Assembly: GCA_945876945.1 (NCBI GenBank)
Contig: CAMCQE010000002.1
Coordinates: 2,985 to 66,984, forward strand
DNA length: 64,000 nt
DNA from: Klebsiella pneumoniae
GTDB lineage: Bacteria; Pseudomonadota; Gammaproteobacteria; Ga0077536
Direction: 5' to 3'
Numbering within the stretch: the stretch's first letter is position 1; each line of letters begins with the position of its first letter. The position numbers were made by a program, and so were the translations under genes. The notes under the pieces were generated by a model. The model had not been told where the DNA came from and did not search any database. It was given only the letters and a program-made list of their open reading frames with translations. Below, piece by piece: positions 37,513-48,394 of the stretch.

Positions 37513-39321
37513 GTGATCGCCAATCTGCGCAACATCGCCATCATCGCCCACGTCGACCATGGCAAAACCACCCTTGTCGACTGCCTCCTTAAACAATCCG
37601 GCACCCTCACCAGCCGCAAGGAAATGGGTGAGCGGGTGATGGACAGCAACGATCTCGAAAAAGAACGCGGCATCACCATTCTGGCGAAAAACACCGCCAT
37701 TACCTGGGGTGATTACCGGATCAACATTGTCGACACCCCAGGTCACGCCGACTTCGGTGGCGAGGTGGAACGCATCCTGTCGATGGTGGACTCAGTGCTG
37801 TTGCTGGTCGACGCCGTTGAAGGGCCGATGCCGCAAACCCGGTTCGTCACGCAGAAGGCTTTCGCCCAGGGCCTACGCCCCATTGTCGTCATCAACAAGA
37901 TTGACCGCGGCGGTTCCAGACCCGACTGGGTGCTGGACCAGACCTTCGATCTCTTTGACCGCCTCGGCGCCACCGAAGAACAGCTCGACTTCCCGGTGGT
38001 CTACACCTCCGCCATTCAGGGCTACGCGCGTACCGCGCCAACCGGCGAGGAAGCGAATATGGACGTGCTCTTCAACACGATCATTTCGCATGTGAACGCG
38101 CCCGAGGTCGATTCCGACGGCCCGTTCCAGATGCAGGTCAGCTCGCTCGATTATTCAAGCTACGTTGGCGCGATTTCCGTAGGGCGCATCACGCGCGGTA
38201 GCGTCACGCCCGGCATGAACGTCACCGTGATCGACCGTGAAGGCGCGACCCGCAACGGCAAAATCATGGAAGTGCTGGGCTTTCACGGCCTCTCCCGCGA
38301 ACCACGAACGATTGCCAACGCGGGCGATATCGTGGCCCTGAGCGGCATCGACGCCCCCCGCATTTCCGACACCCTCTGCGCCCCCGGCGCGGTGGAAGCC
38401 TTACCACCGCTATCGGTCGACGAACCTACCGTCAGCATGACCTTCGAAGTCTCCGATTCACCATTCGTGGGTCGCGACGGCAAGTTCGTGACCAGCCGCC
38501 AGATTGCGGAGCGCCTGGAGCGCGAGCTCATTCATAACGTGGCCTTGCGGGTAGAGCCCACCGATGATCCCAAGGTTTTCTCCGTTTCAGGCCGGGGCGA
38601 GCTCCATCTCTCGGTACTCATCGAAACCATGCGTCGCGAAGGCTATGAGCTGTCGGTCGGTCGCCCGCAGGTGATTCTGAAAGAAATTGACGGCGAGACC
38701 TGCGAGCCCTTTGAACAACTGACCGTCGACGTGCCCTCGGACTATCAGGGCGCGGTCATGGAGCGTCTGGGTAATCGTCGCGGTAACCTGAGCAATATGG
38801 TGCCCGATGGTCGCGGTCGCGTGCGCTTGGACTACACCATTCCGGCCCGCGGTCTGATTGGCTTCCGCACCGAATTCCTCACCGCCACCGCCGGCACGGG
38901 CCTGCTCTATCACAGCTTCGAGAAATACGCGCCGGTGAAACCGGGCTCAATCGGCGGCCGTAACAACGGCGTGCTGATCGCGAATGGCATGGGCAAGGCG
39001 CTGGCCTACGCGCTTTTCAGCCTGCAGGAACGCGGGCGCTTGTTCATCGGCCACGGCGATGAAGTCTATGAAGGCATGCTGGTGGGCATCCATTCGCGTG
39101 ACAACGATCTGGTCGTCAATCCCTTGAAGGCCAAACAACTCACCAACATTCGCGCCGCCGGCACGGATGAAAACCTGCTGCTAACGCCACCCATTCGCTT
39201 CGATCTGGAGCAGGCGCTGGAATTCATCGCCGACGACGAACTGGTGGAAGTGACCCCCACCGCCATCCGTCTGCGCAAGCGCTGGCTGAAAGAAAACGAC
39301 CGCAAGCGCGAGTCGCGCTAA
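37513..39321 (+). CDS. typA: Translational GTPase TypA/BipA
   Basis: ORF 37447..39321. The GTG at 37513 gives (M)[22 protein letters not shown], which matches the E. coli BipA N-terminus. A perfect TATAAT at 37477-37482 lies between the two candidate starts. The start is uncertain. Confidence 0.93.
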   Translation: MIANLRNIAIIAHVDHGKTTLVDCLLKQSGTLTSRKEMGERVMDSNDLEKERGITILAKNTAITWGDYRINIVDTPGHADFGGEVERILSMVDSVLLLVDAVEGPMPQTRFVTQKAFAQGLRPIVVINKIDRGGSRPDWVLDQTFDLFDRLGATEEQLDFPVVYTSAIQGYARTAPTGEEANMDVLFNTIISHVNAPEVDSDGPFQMQVSSLDYSSYVGAISVGRITRGSVTPGMNVTVIDREGATRNGKIMEVLGFHGLSREPRTIANAGDIVALSGIDAPRISDTLCAPGAVEALPPLSVDEPTVSMTFEVSDSPFVGRDGKFVTSRQIAERLERELIHNVALRVEPTDDPKVFSVSGRGELHLSVLIETMRREGYELSVGRPQVILKEIDGETCEPFEQLTVDVPSDYQGAVMERLGNRRGNLSNMVPDGRGRVRLDYTIPARGLIGFRTEFLTATAGTGLLYHSFEKYAPVKPGSIGGRNNGVLIANGMGKALAYALFSLQERGRLFIGHGDEVYEGMLVGIHSRDNDLVVNPLKAKQLTNIRAAGTDENLLLTPPIRFDLEQALEFIADDELVEVTPTAIRLRKRWLKENDRKRESR

Positions 39322-39333
39322 CAAGCTCGCCGG

Positions 39334-39771
39334 ATGATCGCGCTGCTGCAACGGGTCAGCAGTGCCTCCGTCACGGTGGAGGGCGCGGTCGTTGGCACCA
39401 TTGAGCAGGGGCTTCTGGTGCTCATCGGCATTCAACCCGAAGACACTGAAGCCAAGGGCGAGCAGTTGCTCCGTCGGGTGTTGGATTACCGGGTTTTTGC
39501 CGACGCCGAAGGCCGCATGAATCGCTCGTTACGCGATGTGTCCGGAGGCCTGCTGCTCGTATCGCAGTTCACCTTGGCGGCCGACACCACGCGGGGCTTA
39601 CGCCCCAGCTTCACCAGCGCCGCCGCGCCCGATGTCGCCCGCCATCTTTTCGATTCACTGCTCAGATTTGCGAATAGCGTTCATGCGCCGGTCGCCAGCG
39701 GTGTGTTCTGCGCGGATATGAAAGTCGCGCTGGTAAATGATGGGCCGGTGACTTTCTGGCTCGAGGTCTAG
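39334..39771 (+). CDS. dtd: D-aminoacyl-tRNA deacylase
   Basis: 145 aa. MIALLQRV...VSQFTLAADT..G.RPSF. Confidence 0.92.
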   Translation: MIALLQRVSSASVTVEGAVVGTIEQGLLVLIGIQPEDTEAKGEQLLRRVLDYRVFADAEGRMNRSLRDVSGGLLLVSQFTLAADTTRGLRPSFTSAAAPDVARHLFDSLLRFANSVHAPVASGVFCADMKVALVNDGPVTFWLEV

Positions 39772-39774
39772 GCC

Positions 39775-40833
39775 TCAACCGAAATTCACGCGCGCCTCAA
39801 GATTGGTGCGGGAATCGGCGTTGTTCAAGGCTTCCTCAAGATCGATACGCTGATCCTTGTACAGCGCATGCAGCGCCATATCGAAAGTTTGCATCCCCTT
39901 GGCGCCGCTGGTTTCCATCGCTTCCTTGATGCTCCAGATCTGGCCTTTCAGGATGAGGTCAGCGATGTGCGGCGTATTGAGCATCACTTCCAGCGCCGCG
40001 ACCCGAAAGCCATCAATACCTTGCACCAGACGTTGCGAGATCACGGCTCTCACATTGAGCGAGAGGTCGAGGAACAACTGCTTGTGCAATTCCTGGGGGA
40101 AAAGATTGATCACGCGCTCCATTGCCTGATTGGCGTTGTTGGCGTGCATCGTCGACACACAAAGGTGGCCGGTATTACACAGTTCAAGCGCCGCCTCCAT
40201 GGTCTCGCGGTCCCGAATTTCGCCGATGAGAATGACGTCCGGCGCTTCGCGCAAGGAGGCCCGCAAGGCCGCCCGATAAGACAGCGTATCCACACCCAGT
40301 TCGCGCTGGTTAACGATCGATTTCAGGTTGGGATGGGAAAACTCGACCGGGTCCTCAATGGTGAGGATATGACCGGACATCTTGAGATTGCGCTCGTTGA
40401 TCATCGCCGCCAGCGTGGTCGACTTACCCGAGCCGGTGGCGCCCACCATCAAGATGAGACCGCGCTTGTGCATGATGAGCGCTTTAAGAATGTCGGGGAG
40501 CGCGAGGTCGTCCAGCGATTTAATTTTCGTGGGGATCAGCCGGAGCACCATGGAAATATCGCCGCGCTGGCGGAACACGTTGACGCGAAACCGCGCGGTC
40601 TGGTCTTCCATCGCGACCGCAAAGTCGCTTTCCATGGTCTGCTCGAAACGCTCGATCTGGCTGGGCGACATGATCCCGTAGGCGGCGGCTTTCACGAGGT
40701 CGCCGGTCAACACGGTTTTGCCGACCGAGCTTACCTGACCTTCAATTTTGATCTTTACCGTCGCGCCAGAAGAAAAGAACAGGTCTGAGCCGCCCTTGTC
40801 GCGCAACAGTTTCAGGTAAGGGGTGATATCCAT
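39775..40833 (-). CDS. Third PilT/PilU-family type IVa pilus retraction ATPase paralogue (PilU-like, short)
   Basis: 352 aa. Walker A GATGSGKST, TIEDPVEF, IGEIRD, His-box CVSTMHANNA. It has NTPHIADLILKG instead of the PilT AIRNLIRE motif. Confidence 0.85.
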   Translation of the reverse strand: MDITPYLKLLRDKGGSDLFFSSGATVKIKIEGQVSSVGKTVLTGDLVKAAAYGIMSPSQIERFEQTMESDFAVAMEDQTARFRVNVFRQRGDISMVLRLIPTKIKSLDDLALPDILKALIMHKRGLILMVGATGSGKSTTLAAMINERNLKMSGHILTIEDPVEFSHPNLKSIVNQRELGVDTLSYRAALRASLREAPDVILIGEIRDRETMEAALELCNTGHLCVSTMHANNANQAMERVINLFPQELHKQLFLDLSLNVRAVISQRLVQGIDGFRVAALEVMLNTPHIADLILKGQIWSIKEAMETSGAKGMQTFDMALHALYKDQRIDLEEALNNADSRTNLEARVNFG

Positions 40834-40854
40834 AGTCGGTTCCGACAGCCCGGC

Positions 40855-42024
40855 TTAGCGCATCATCACGCCGGGCGTGTCTTCATCTTCTTCAAGCTCC
40901 AGCATGCCAGCATCCATCAGGCGGTTGGCGCCTTGGGCGGCCTTGCCCTGAAGCTTGATCTTCAGCCGCAGTTCGTTCATCGAGTCGGCGTTGCGTAGCG
41001 CATCTTCGTAGGCGATCAAATCTGCCTCGTACAAATCGAACAAAGCCTGATCGAAGGTTTTCATGCCGAGTTCATTGGAGCGCGACATCACTTCCTTAAT
41101 TTGGTGAATCTCACCTTTCAAAATGAGATCAGAAATCAGCGGCGAGTTCAGCATGACCTCAATGGCCGCCACACGGCCACGACCGTCCACTTTCTTCAGC
41201 AGGCGCTGGGAAATAATGGCTTTCATGTTGAGCGACATATCCATGAACAGCTGCTGATGGCGCTCTTCCGGGAAGAAGTTGATGACCCGATCCAGCGCCT
41301 GGTTCGAGCTATTGGCATGGAGCGTTGCCATCGCAAGATGGCCGGTTTCGGCAAACGCGAGACCGAACTCCATGGTCGCGCGGTCGCGGATTTCGCCGAG
41401 CAGAATCACGTCTGGCGCCTGCCGCAGGGTGTTCTTCAAGGCAACCCCCCAGTCTTCCGTATCCACCCCCACTTCACGCTGCGTGACCACACAGTTCTTG
41501 TGCGGGTGGATGTATTCGATGGGGTCTTCGATAGTGATGATATGGCCGTAACTGTTTTCGTTGCGGTGATTAATCATGGCCGCCAGCGAGGTGGACTTAC
41601 CCGATCCGGTGCCGCCGACCATGATGACCAAACCGCGTTTGGTCATCGAGACCTCTCTTAGCACTTCGGGCAAACCGAGATTGTCCAGCGTCGGCACGGT
41701 TGTCTCAATCGTGCGCAACACCATGCCGGTGTGTCCCTGCTGAACGAAGGCATTGACTCGAAAGCGCCCGATACCCGCCGGCGAAATGGCGAAATTGCAC
41801 TCGTGCGTGCCTTCAAATTCCTTCAGCTGGCGATCGTTCATGATCGCGTAGGTCAGCGCTTTGGTGTTGTCTGGCGAGAGCTTGGTTTTGGAGACAGGCT
41901 GAACCTTGCCATCCATTTTGATCGCGGGCGGGAACTCCACAGTAATGAAAAGATCGGACCCCTTGCGGTCCACCATCAGGCGAAGGAGGTCCCGCATGTA
42001 CTTGATAGCCTGTTCTCTCTCCAC
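40855..42024 (-). CDS. pilU: Type IVa pilus ATPase PilU
   Basis: 389 aa. LLRLMVDRKGSDLFIT, GGTGSGKST, NSPLISDLILKG, and the PilU-type acidic C-terminal extension. It lies directly downstream of pilT. Confidence 0.88.
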   Translation of the reverse strand: MEREQAIKYMRDLLRLMVDRKGSDLFITVEFPPAIKMDGKVQPVSKTKLSPDNTKALTYAIMNDRQLKEFEGTHECNFAISPAGIGRFRVNAFVQQGHTGMVLRTIETTVPTLDNLGLPEVLREVSMTKRGLVIMVGGTGSGKSTSLAAMINHRNENSYGHIITIEDPIEYIHPHKNCVVTQREVGVDTEDWGVALKNTLRQAPDVILLGEIRDRATMEFGLAFAETGHLAMATLHANSSNQALDRVINFFPEERHQQLFMDMSLNMKAIISQRLLKKVDGRGRVAAIEVMLNSPLISDLILKGEIHQIKEVMSRSNELGMKTFDQALFDLYEADLIAYEDALRNADSMNELRLKIKLQGKAAQGANRLMDAGMLELEEDEDTPGVMMR

Positions 42025-42053
42025 GTGTGCGCTCCTTCAGTTGTTGCCGAGTC

Positions 42054-43088
42054 TCAGAAGAGATCCTTGTTTTGCGCTTTGAACTTCGCTTCCGCGCGGG
42101 ACACCACGCCCTTCTGAACCAGCCCCTGCAGACACTGGTCCAGCGTCTGCATGCCGTACTGGTGTCCGGTCTGAATGGCGGAATACATCTGGGCAATCTT
42201 GTTCTCGCGAATGAGATTCCTGATCGCCGGCGTGCCAATCATGATTTCATGCGCGGCGACACGACCACCGCCGTTCTTCTTCAGCAAGGACTGCGAAATC
42301 ACCGCGCGCAGCGACTCTGACAACATCGCGCGCACCATTTCTTTTTCTTCCGCCGGGAAGACGTCGACCACGCGGTCGATGGTTTTGGCGGCAGAGCTGG
42401 TGTGAAGCGTGCCAAAAACCAGATGGCCCGTTTCTGCCGCGCTAAGGGCAAGGCGGATCGTTTCAAGGTCGCGCATTTCGCCGACGAGGATGGTGTCCGG
42501 GTCTTCGCGGAGCGCTGAACGTAAGGCTTGGCTGAAGCCCAAGGTATCACGATGCACTTCGCGCTGGTTGATCAGGCATTTCTTGCTCTGATGCACAAAC
42601 TCGATGGGGTCTTCGATGGTCAGGATATGGCCGTATTCGGTTTCGTTCTTGTGATTCACCATCGCCGCCAAGGTGGTCGATTTGCCGGATCCCGTAGGGC
42701 CGGTCACGAGCACCACGCCTCGCGGGTAATCGGAGATGTCCTTGAAGATGGCCGGCGCATTAAGTTCTTCCAGCGAGCGAATGACGGAGGGAATGGTCCG
42801 GAATACCGCGCCGGCACCGCGATTCTGGTTGAATGCGTTGACGCGAAAGCGCGCCAGCCCTGGAATCTCGAAAGAGAAATCGCATTCCAGAAACTCTTCG
42901 TAGTCCTTACGCTGCTTGTCATTCATGATGTCGTAGACCAGATCATGAACGTCCTTGTGCTGCATGGCAGGCACGTTAATGCGCCGCACGTCGCCATCTA
43001 CACGGATCATCGGGGGCAAGCCGGCCGACAGATGGAGGTCGGAGGCGCCGTTCTTGACGCTGAATGCCAGCAACTCACCAATGTCCAT
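42054..43088 (-). CDS. pilT: Twitching-motility retraction ATPase PilT
   Basis: ORF 42054..43094 (TTG), trimmed to the ATG at 43088 (AAGGAG SD). MDIGELLAFSVKNGASDLHLSAGLPPMIRVDGDVRRI, GPTGSGKST, GTPAIRNLIRE. Divergent from yggS, as in Pseudomonas. Confidence 0.95.
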   Translation of the reverse strand: MDIGELLAFSVKNGASDLHLSAGLPPMIRVDGDVRRINVPAMQHKDVHDLVYDIMNDKQRKDYEEFLECDFSFEIPGLARFRVNAFNQNRGAGAVFRTIPSVIRSLEELNAPAIFKDISDYPRGVVLVTGPTGSGKSTTLAAMVNHKNETEYGHILTIEDPIEFVHQSKKCLINQREVHRDTLGFSQALRSALREDPDTILVGEMRDLETIRLALSAAETGHLVFGTLHTSSAAKTIDRVVDVFPAEEKEMVRAMLSESLRAVISQSLLKKNGGGRVAAHEIMIGTPAIRNLIRENKIAQMYSAIQTGHQYGMQTLDQCLQGLVQKGVVSRAEAKFKAQNKDLF

Positions 43089-43243
43089 CAACAACTCCTT
43101 CGTGCAATCGTCTTTAATCAGCGAATCGTATTGGGCTTATGCCTGAGCTTGGCCGGCAATCTACGGCAATTTAACAAGCAAGCCTCTGAACTGTATGACA
43201 ACTGGAAACCTGACGCAGCCTTTATGCCCCACAAAAAAGCCTC

Positions 43244-43921
43244 ATGACGGCACCTGATTCGCCCCTCGCGCGGCTCGAGTTCCAAATCGCACAAGCCGCT
43301 GAGGCTGCCAGTCGGCGCGCCACGGACGTCACCCTGCTGGCCGTGGGCAAGCGGCAGTCACCTGCGGCAATTCGCGCCCTGTTTGAACAAGGACAGCGCG
43401 CGTTTGGCGAGAACTACGTGCAAGAGGCGCTGCCCAAACAGGCCTTGCTGGCAGACATCGACATCGTCTGGCATTTCATCGGCCGCATTCAACGAAACAA
43501 GACTCGCGATATCGCCGCCCACTTCGATTGGGTGCACACGGTCGACCGTGCCGAAGTGGCCGAACGGCTGAGCGCTCAGCGGCCGCCGGACCGCGCCCCC
43601 TTGAACTGCCTGATCGAAGTCAACGTAAGCGGTGAAGCGAGCAAGGGCGGGATCAGCCCGGAAGCCCTGCCGGCACTGGTCGCGATAATGAAGACCCTTC
43701 CGGGTTTGCGCTTGCGCGGTCTGATGTGCCTGCCGGCGCCAAGCCCGGACCTTGATGTGCAAAGGGCGGCCTTCCGGCAATTGCGGCTGCTCAGAGACCA
43801 GATGGGTGACCCGGCGCTCAGCCTCTTATCGATGGGCACTTCGAGCGATTTTACGGCCGCGATCCTCGAAGGCGCAGACATCGTGCGCATCGGCACGGCG
43901 CTGTTCGGAGCGCGGGCCTGA
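43244..43921 (+). CDS. yggS: PLP-homeostasis protein (YggS/PLPBP family)
   Basis: 225 aa. LLAVGKRQ (PLP Lys), HFIGRIQRNK, SMGTSSDF. Confidence 0.9.
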   Translation: MTAPDSPLARLEFQIAQAAEAASRRATDVTLLAVGKRQSPAAIRALFEQGQRAFGENYVQEALPKQALLADIDIVWHFIGRIQRNKTRDIAAHFDWVHTVDRAEVAERLSAQRPPDRAPLNCLIEVNVSGEASKGGISPEALPALVAIMKTLPGLRLRGLMCLPAPSPDLDVQRAAFRQLRLLRDQMGDPALSLLSMGTSSDFTAAILEGADIVRIGTALFGARA

Positions 43922-43984
43922 GGGGGCGTCCGGAATGATAGTGCTACACTCCAGAGCCGTACGTTCAGCCTCTGGAAACTCGCC

Positions 43985-44809
43985 ATGAGTCAAACAATTG
44001 CCTTCATTGGCGCCGGCAACATGGGTCGCGCCATCATCGGTGGCCTCATAGAGAGTGGTCACCTACCGACCAGCATCCGGGTCGCCGACGCCGACCACGC
44101 GGCCGCCCAACGTTTGCACGACCAGCTCGGCGTCGAGGCGCACGCCACCAACGGCGATGCCGCCGTCGGTGCGAGCGTGGTGGTACTAGCGGTAAAACCC
44201 CAACAAATGCGCGAGGTCGTTACCGACCTTACCGCGGCCATCAAGGCCAGCGGGCCGGTGGTGCTGTCCATAGCGGCTGGGATCAGCACCAACGCGCTGG
44301 CCGGTTGGCTTGGCGCCAACACCGCTATTGTGAGAAGCATGCCCAACACGCCCGCCCTGATTGGTCGCGGCACCGCCGCGCTGTATGCGAATGCGGCGGT
44401 GAGCGCCGACGGCCGGGCGCTAGCCGCCACGATTATGTCTGCGGTGGGCAACGTGCATTGGCTTGAAGATGAATCCCTGATGGACGCCGTCACCGCACTC
44501 TCCGGTAGCGGCCCGGCCTACGTGTTCAAGCTGATCGAAGTCCTTGAGCAGGCGGGCACCGCGCTCGGGCTGCCGCCGGCGCTGGCGCGGGCACTGGCGC
44601 TGGAAACAGCCGCCGGCGCATCAGCGCTGGCCGCAAGCTCGGCCGCCTCACCGGCCGAACTGCGCAGTCAGGTCACCTCCAAAGGCGGCACCACCGAAGC
44701 CGCGCTGCGCGTGCTGTGCGAGGGCGGGCTGGAACCGCTCTTTGATCGCGCGCTCACCGCGGCCAGAGATCGCTCACGAACGCTGGCGGAGGAGTTTGGC
44801 AAACCATGA
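43985..44809 (+). CDS. proC: Pyrroline-5-carboxylate reductase
   Basis: 274 aa. IAFIGAGNMG, RSMPNTPA, SKGGTTEA. Confidence 0.95.
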   Translation: MSQTIAFIGAGNMGRAIIGGLIESGHLPTSIRVADADHAAAQRLHDQLGVEAHATNGDAAVGASVVVLAVKPQQMREVVTDLTAAIKASGPVVLSIAAGISTNALAGWLGANTAIVRSMPNTPALIGRGTAALYANAAVSADGRALAATIMSAVGNVHWLEDESLMDAVTALSGSGPAYVFKLIEVLEQAGTALGLPPALARALALETAAGASALAASSAASPAELRSQVTSKGGTTEAALRVLCEGGLEPLFDRALTAARDRSRTLAEEFGKP

Positions 44810-45381
44810 GCGGCGGCTATTTCACCAGCGCGGGCGTTTTCATCCTGGATACCGTTTTTGGCCTGTATATCGGGGCGGTGCTGCTCCGCCTGCTGCTGCA
44901 ATGGGTGCGGGCAGATTTCTACAATCCGCTGTCTCAGGCGGTAGTCAAACTGACCAACCCCGTGCTGCGACCACTGCGCCGCTACATTCCGGCGCTCGGC
45001 CGTATCGACACCGCCAGCGTGGTGCTCTTAATCCTGCTGCAGATGCTGAACCTGTGGCTGGCGATAGCGCTCACCGGCGGCGCCGGTGGGCCGATTGGCA
45101 TACTCGTCATGGCGCTCGCGGCACTGCTGTCAAAAACTATCTATGTGTTGACCTTCGCACTGCTGATTCAGGTGGTCGCGAGCTGGGTCATGCCCGGTGC
45201 GCGCAGTCCGGTGTTCGATTTGGTGGAGTCGTTGACCGAGCCGCTGATGCGCCCGCTGCGTGCGGCGCTCCCCAATCTGGGCGCACTCGACCTGTCCCCG
45301 ATGGTGGCGCTGATGCTGCTGCAGCTGGCGCTAATGCTGGTCGTCAGCCCGCTGCGGGACTTCGGCGTTTCGCTGCTTTGA
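44806..45381 (+). CDS. yggT: YggT-family membrane protein
   Basis: 191 aa, two YGGT repeats (FYNPLSQAVVKLTNPVLRPLR and VFDLVESLTEPLMRPLR). ATGA overlap with proC. Confidence 0.85.
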   Translation: MSGGYFTSAGVFILDTVFGLYIGAVLLRLLLQWVRADFYNPLSQAVVKLTNPVLRPLRRYIPALGRIDTASVVLLILLQMLNLWLAIALTGGAGGPIGILVMALAALLSKTIYVLTFALLIQVVASWVMPGARSPVFDLVESLTEPLMRPLRAALPNLGALDLSPMVALMLLQLALMLVVSPLRDFGVSLL

Positions 45382-45388
45382 AGTCGGC

Positions 45389-45721
45389 ATGAGCGGCGGC
45401 GCCTGTTCCTGGGCCGAGGTGCGCGGCGGGTTTTTGGTCCTCCAGTTGCGCGTCCAGCCACGCGGCAAACGCGACGCGGTGCTGGATCTCCACGACGGAC
45501 GCCTGCGAATCCTGCTCAATGCCCCACCGGTAGATGACAAGGCGAACGAGGCACTTAAAACCCTGTTGGCACACGAGTTCGGGGTGCCGCGGCAAAGCGT
45601 CAAAATCATGCAGGGCGAGAAAAGTCGGCGCAAAACCGTGAGCCTGCCCATGCCCGGCGACCGACCGGCGTGGTTTACCCAGCTAGAAACCGGGATTGCG
45701 GCCACCCGAACCAGTCTTTAG
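45389..45721 (+). CDS. yggU: DUF167 (YggU) family protein
   Basis: 110 aa. L.LRVQPRGKRD...APPVDDKANEAL. Canonical yggT-yggU position. Confidence 0.75.
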   Translation: MSGGACSWAEVRGGFLVLQLRVQPRGKRDAVLDLHDGRLRILLNAPPVDDKANEALKTLLAHEFGVPRQSVKIMQGEKSRRKTVSLPMPGDRPAWFTQLETGIAATRTSL

Positions 45722-45766
45722 ACTCGCCTGCCCCGCCAGCGCAACGCCACAACTGCATCACCCCGC

Positions 45767-46921
45767 ATGACCAACGGTTTTCCTCTCGATAGTGTCGGCC
45801 TCGTGGTGCCGCAGCGGATGGCGTTTGAGCAGACCCTCACGCTGGCCTCAGGGGCCATGCTCCCGCACTACGAACTGGTCTTTGAAACCTATGGCGAACT
45901 GAACGCGGCGCGCGACAACGCGGTGCTTATTTGCCATGCCCTGAGCGGCGACCATCACGCTGCCGGGTATCACACCGCCGGCGAGCAGCGCCCGGGCTGG
46001 TGGGACAATCTCATCGGGCCGGGGCGGCCGCTCGATACCCGGCGCTTTTTTGTGGTGTGCCCCAACAACCTCGGCGGCTGCGCGGGCTCCACCGGCCCCC
46101 TAGCCCTGGATCCGGCCACCGGGCAGCCCTACGGGCCCGACTTCCCGATTGTGACCGTGGGTGACTGGGTGCAAACACAGGCGCGGCTCGCAGATCGCTT
46201 GGGCATTGAGCGCTGGGCGGCGGTGATGGGCGGCAGCCTGGGCGGAATGCAGGCGCTGCAATGGGCGGTCGACTTTCCCGACCGGGTGCGGCACGCGCTG
46301 ATTATCGCCGCCGCCCCCAGTCTCACCACGCAAAACATCGCGTTTAACGAAGTCGCGCGGCATGCCATCCGCTCAGACCCAGACTTTCACGGTGGGCGCT
46401 ATTACGAGCAGGGGGTGGTGCCGGCAACCGGGCTGCGACTGGCCCGCATGCTCGGTCATATTACCTACCTCTCCGACGACGTCCTCATGGCGCGCTTCGG
46501 CCGCGAGCTGCGCGACGGCAAGCTCAACTTCGGCTTTGGAGTGGAGTTCGAGATCGAAAGCTATCTGCGGCATCAGGGCGAGTCTTTCGTCAAACGCTTC
46601 GACGCCAACACGTATTTGTTGATGACCAAATCGCTCGATTATTTCGACCCGGCGGCGCATGCCCCGGAGCATTCCTTGAGCAAAGCCTTGCACGCCACCA
46701 ACGCGGAATTTCTGGTGATCTCCTTCAGCAGCGACTGGCGCTTTTCACCGGCGCGTTCCCGCGAAATCGTCCGCGCACTGCTGGATGCCGACCGCGACGT
46801 CAGCTACGTCGAAATTGAATCCGAGCAGGGACATGATTCCTTCCTGCTGGACGTGCCGCTGTATCACCGCGTGCTCCGCACTTACTTCGACAAGATTGCC
46901 GCCAGCGGAGCGAGCGCATGA
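45767..46921 (+). CDS. metX: Homoserine O-acyltransferase MetX
   Basis: 384 aa alpha/beta hydrolase. [14 protein letters not shown] and the nucleophile elbow [12 protein letters not shown]. Confidence 0.93.
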   Translation: MTNGFPLDSVGLVVPQRMAFEQTLTLASGAMLPHYELVFETYGELNAARDNAVLICHALSGDHHAAGYHTAGEQRPGWWDNLIGPGRPLDTRRFFVVCPNNLGGCAGSTGPLALDPATGQPYGPDFPIVTVGDWVQTQARLADRLGIERWAAVMGGSLGGMQALQWAVDFPDRVRHALIIAAAPSLTTQNIAFNEVARHAIRSDPDFHGGRYYEQGVVPATGLRLARMLGHITYLSDDVLMARFGRELRDGKLNFGFGVEFEIESYLRHQGESFVKRFDANTYLLMTKSLDYFDPAAHAPEHSLSKALHATNAEFLVISFSSDWRFSPARSREIVRALLDADRDVSYVEIESEQGHDSFLLDVPLYHRVLRTYFDKIAASGASA

Positions 46922-47514
46922 CCTTGCGCGAGGAACAAACCCTCATCGCCCGCTGGATCCGCGACGGCAGCCGCGTACTCGATCTGGGCTGCGGCGACGG
47001 TGCCTTGCTGGCGCATCTGTGGGCCAGCCGCGGAGTCACCGGCTACGGCATCGAGATCGACAACGAAAACATCGTCCGCTGTCTGGAAACCGGTGTGAAC
47101 GTGATTCAGTCCGACCTGGACCGCGGACTCTCCGATTTTGACGACGACTCCTTCGATTACGTGGTCATGACCCAAACCCTGCAGGCGATGCGCTATCCGC
47201 ATCTGGTCTTGCGGGAGATGCTCCGCGTGGGGCGCGAAGCCATTGTCACCTTCCCCAACTTTGGGCACTGGCGCTGTCGCGCACAGGTACTGGCCGGGCG
47301 CATGCCGGTCACGCGCCACCTCCCGAGCACCTGGTACGACACCCCCAATATCCACATGTGCACGCTGCGCGATTTCGAAGACCTGTGCGCGGCCGAAGGC
47401 TTTGAAATTCTGGAGCGCGAGGCGCTGGACACCGCGCATCAATCCACGCCCGCCATGCGCCTGCTGCCGAATTTGCTGGCGGAAGTGGCGCTCTATCGAT
47501 TCCGCCGGCGCTGA
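46918..47514 (+). CDS. metW: Methionine biosynthesis protein MetW
   Basis: 198 aa. [16 protein letters not shown] overlap with metX. Confidence 0.9.
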   Translation: MTLREEQTLIARWIRDGSRVLDLGCGDGALLAHLWASRGVTGYGIEIDNENIVRCLETGVNVIQSDLDRGLSDFDDDSFDYVVMTQTLQAMRYPHLVLREMLRVGREAIVTFPNFGHWRCRAQVLAGRMPVTRHLPSTWYDTPNIHMCTLRDFEDLCAAEGFEILEREALDTAHQSTPAMRLLPNLLAEVALYRFRRR

Positions 47515-47518
47515 AGCC

Positions 47519-48307
47519 CTAGTCGCGAAAGTCGGCCAGGCTGCCGGCATAGTCGATGGTGAGCGGGGCGTGGTCAGAAAACTGCTCGGCGGTATAAATG
47601 CTGGCGCTGCTGATGCGCTCACGCAAACCGGGCGTGGTGACGTGATAGTCGATTCTCCAGCCTACATTTTTGGCCCGCGCCGCCCCGCGGTTCGACCACC
47701 ACGTGTATTGATCGGGGCCTTCATTGACGACGCGGAAAGCGTCGACGTATCCCACCTGTTCAAAAAGCTCATCCAGCCAGGCCCGTTCCTCCGGCAAAAA
47801 GCCTGAGTTCTTCTGATTCGATTTCCAGTTTTTAAGGTCGATTGCCTTGTGGGCGATGTTCCAGTCGCCGCACAACACGTACTCCCGCGACTCCTCGCGC
47901 AGGTCGCGCAACACCGGCATATAGCGGGCGAGGAAGTCGAACTTGGCGAGTTGTCGCTCGGGGCTGGACGAACCTGAAGGCAAATACAGCGACGCGACGC
48001 TGAGACGTCCGAAGTCGAGCTGGAGATAACGGCCCTCGCGGTCAAAGTCAGGCCAGCCCATGCCGCGCACCACGCGGTCCGGCGCGTGACGGCTAAACAC
48101 CGCGACGCCGCTGTAGCCGGGCTTCTCGGCGTCTTCGAAAAAGCAGTGCCAGCCCGGAGGTTCGCGAAGCTCCGCATCAAGCTGGCTGATTTGCGCCTTG
48201 GTCTCCTGAAGACAGACCAGATCGGCGTCTTGTTGCGCCAGCCATTGATAAAAACCCTTGCGATGGGCGGAGCGAATTCCGTTGCAGTTCAGCGTGATGA
48301 TGCGCAT
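47519..48307 (-). CDS. xth: Exodeoxyribonuclease III
   Basis: ORF 47519..48409, trimmed to MRIITLNCNGIRSA (ATG 48307). LQETK, GDWNIAH, SDHAP. Confidence 0.92.
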   Translation of the reverse strand: MRIITLNCNGIRSAHRKGFYQWLAQQDADLVCLQETKAQISQLDAELREPPGWHCFFEDAEKPGYSGVAVFSRHAPDRVVRGMGWPDFDREGRYLQLDFGRLSVASLYLPSGSSSPERQLAKFDFLARYMPVLRDLREESREYVLCGDWNIAHKAIDLKNWKSNQKNSGFLPEERAWLDELFEQVGYVDAFRVVNEGPDQYTWWSNRGAARAKNVGWRIDYHVTTPGLRERISSASIYTAEQFSDHAPLTIDYAGSLADFRD

Positions 48308-48394
48308 GCGTTCGGCCTTGATTAGGGGTGGTCGTAGGAAGCGGGAGCAACGCTGTCTATCATAGCGACAGCCGTTCCCATTCCCGAGCCCCAC

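Noticed and set aside
45722-45766. Possible SAM riboswitch or leader ahead of metX
   Set aside because: The gap is only 45 nt, too short for any known SAM riboswitch class. metX is probably co-transcribed with the yggS-proC-yggT-yggU genes.
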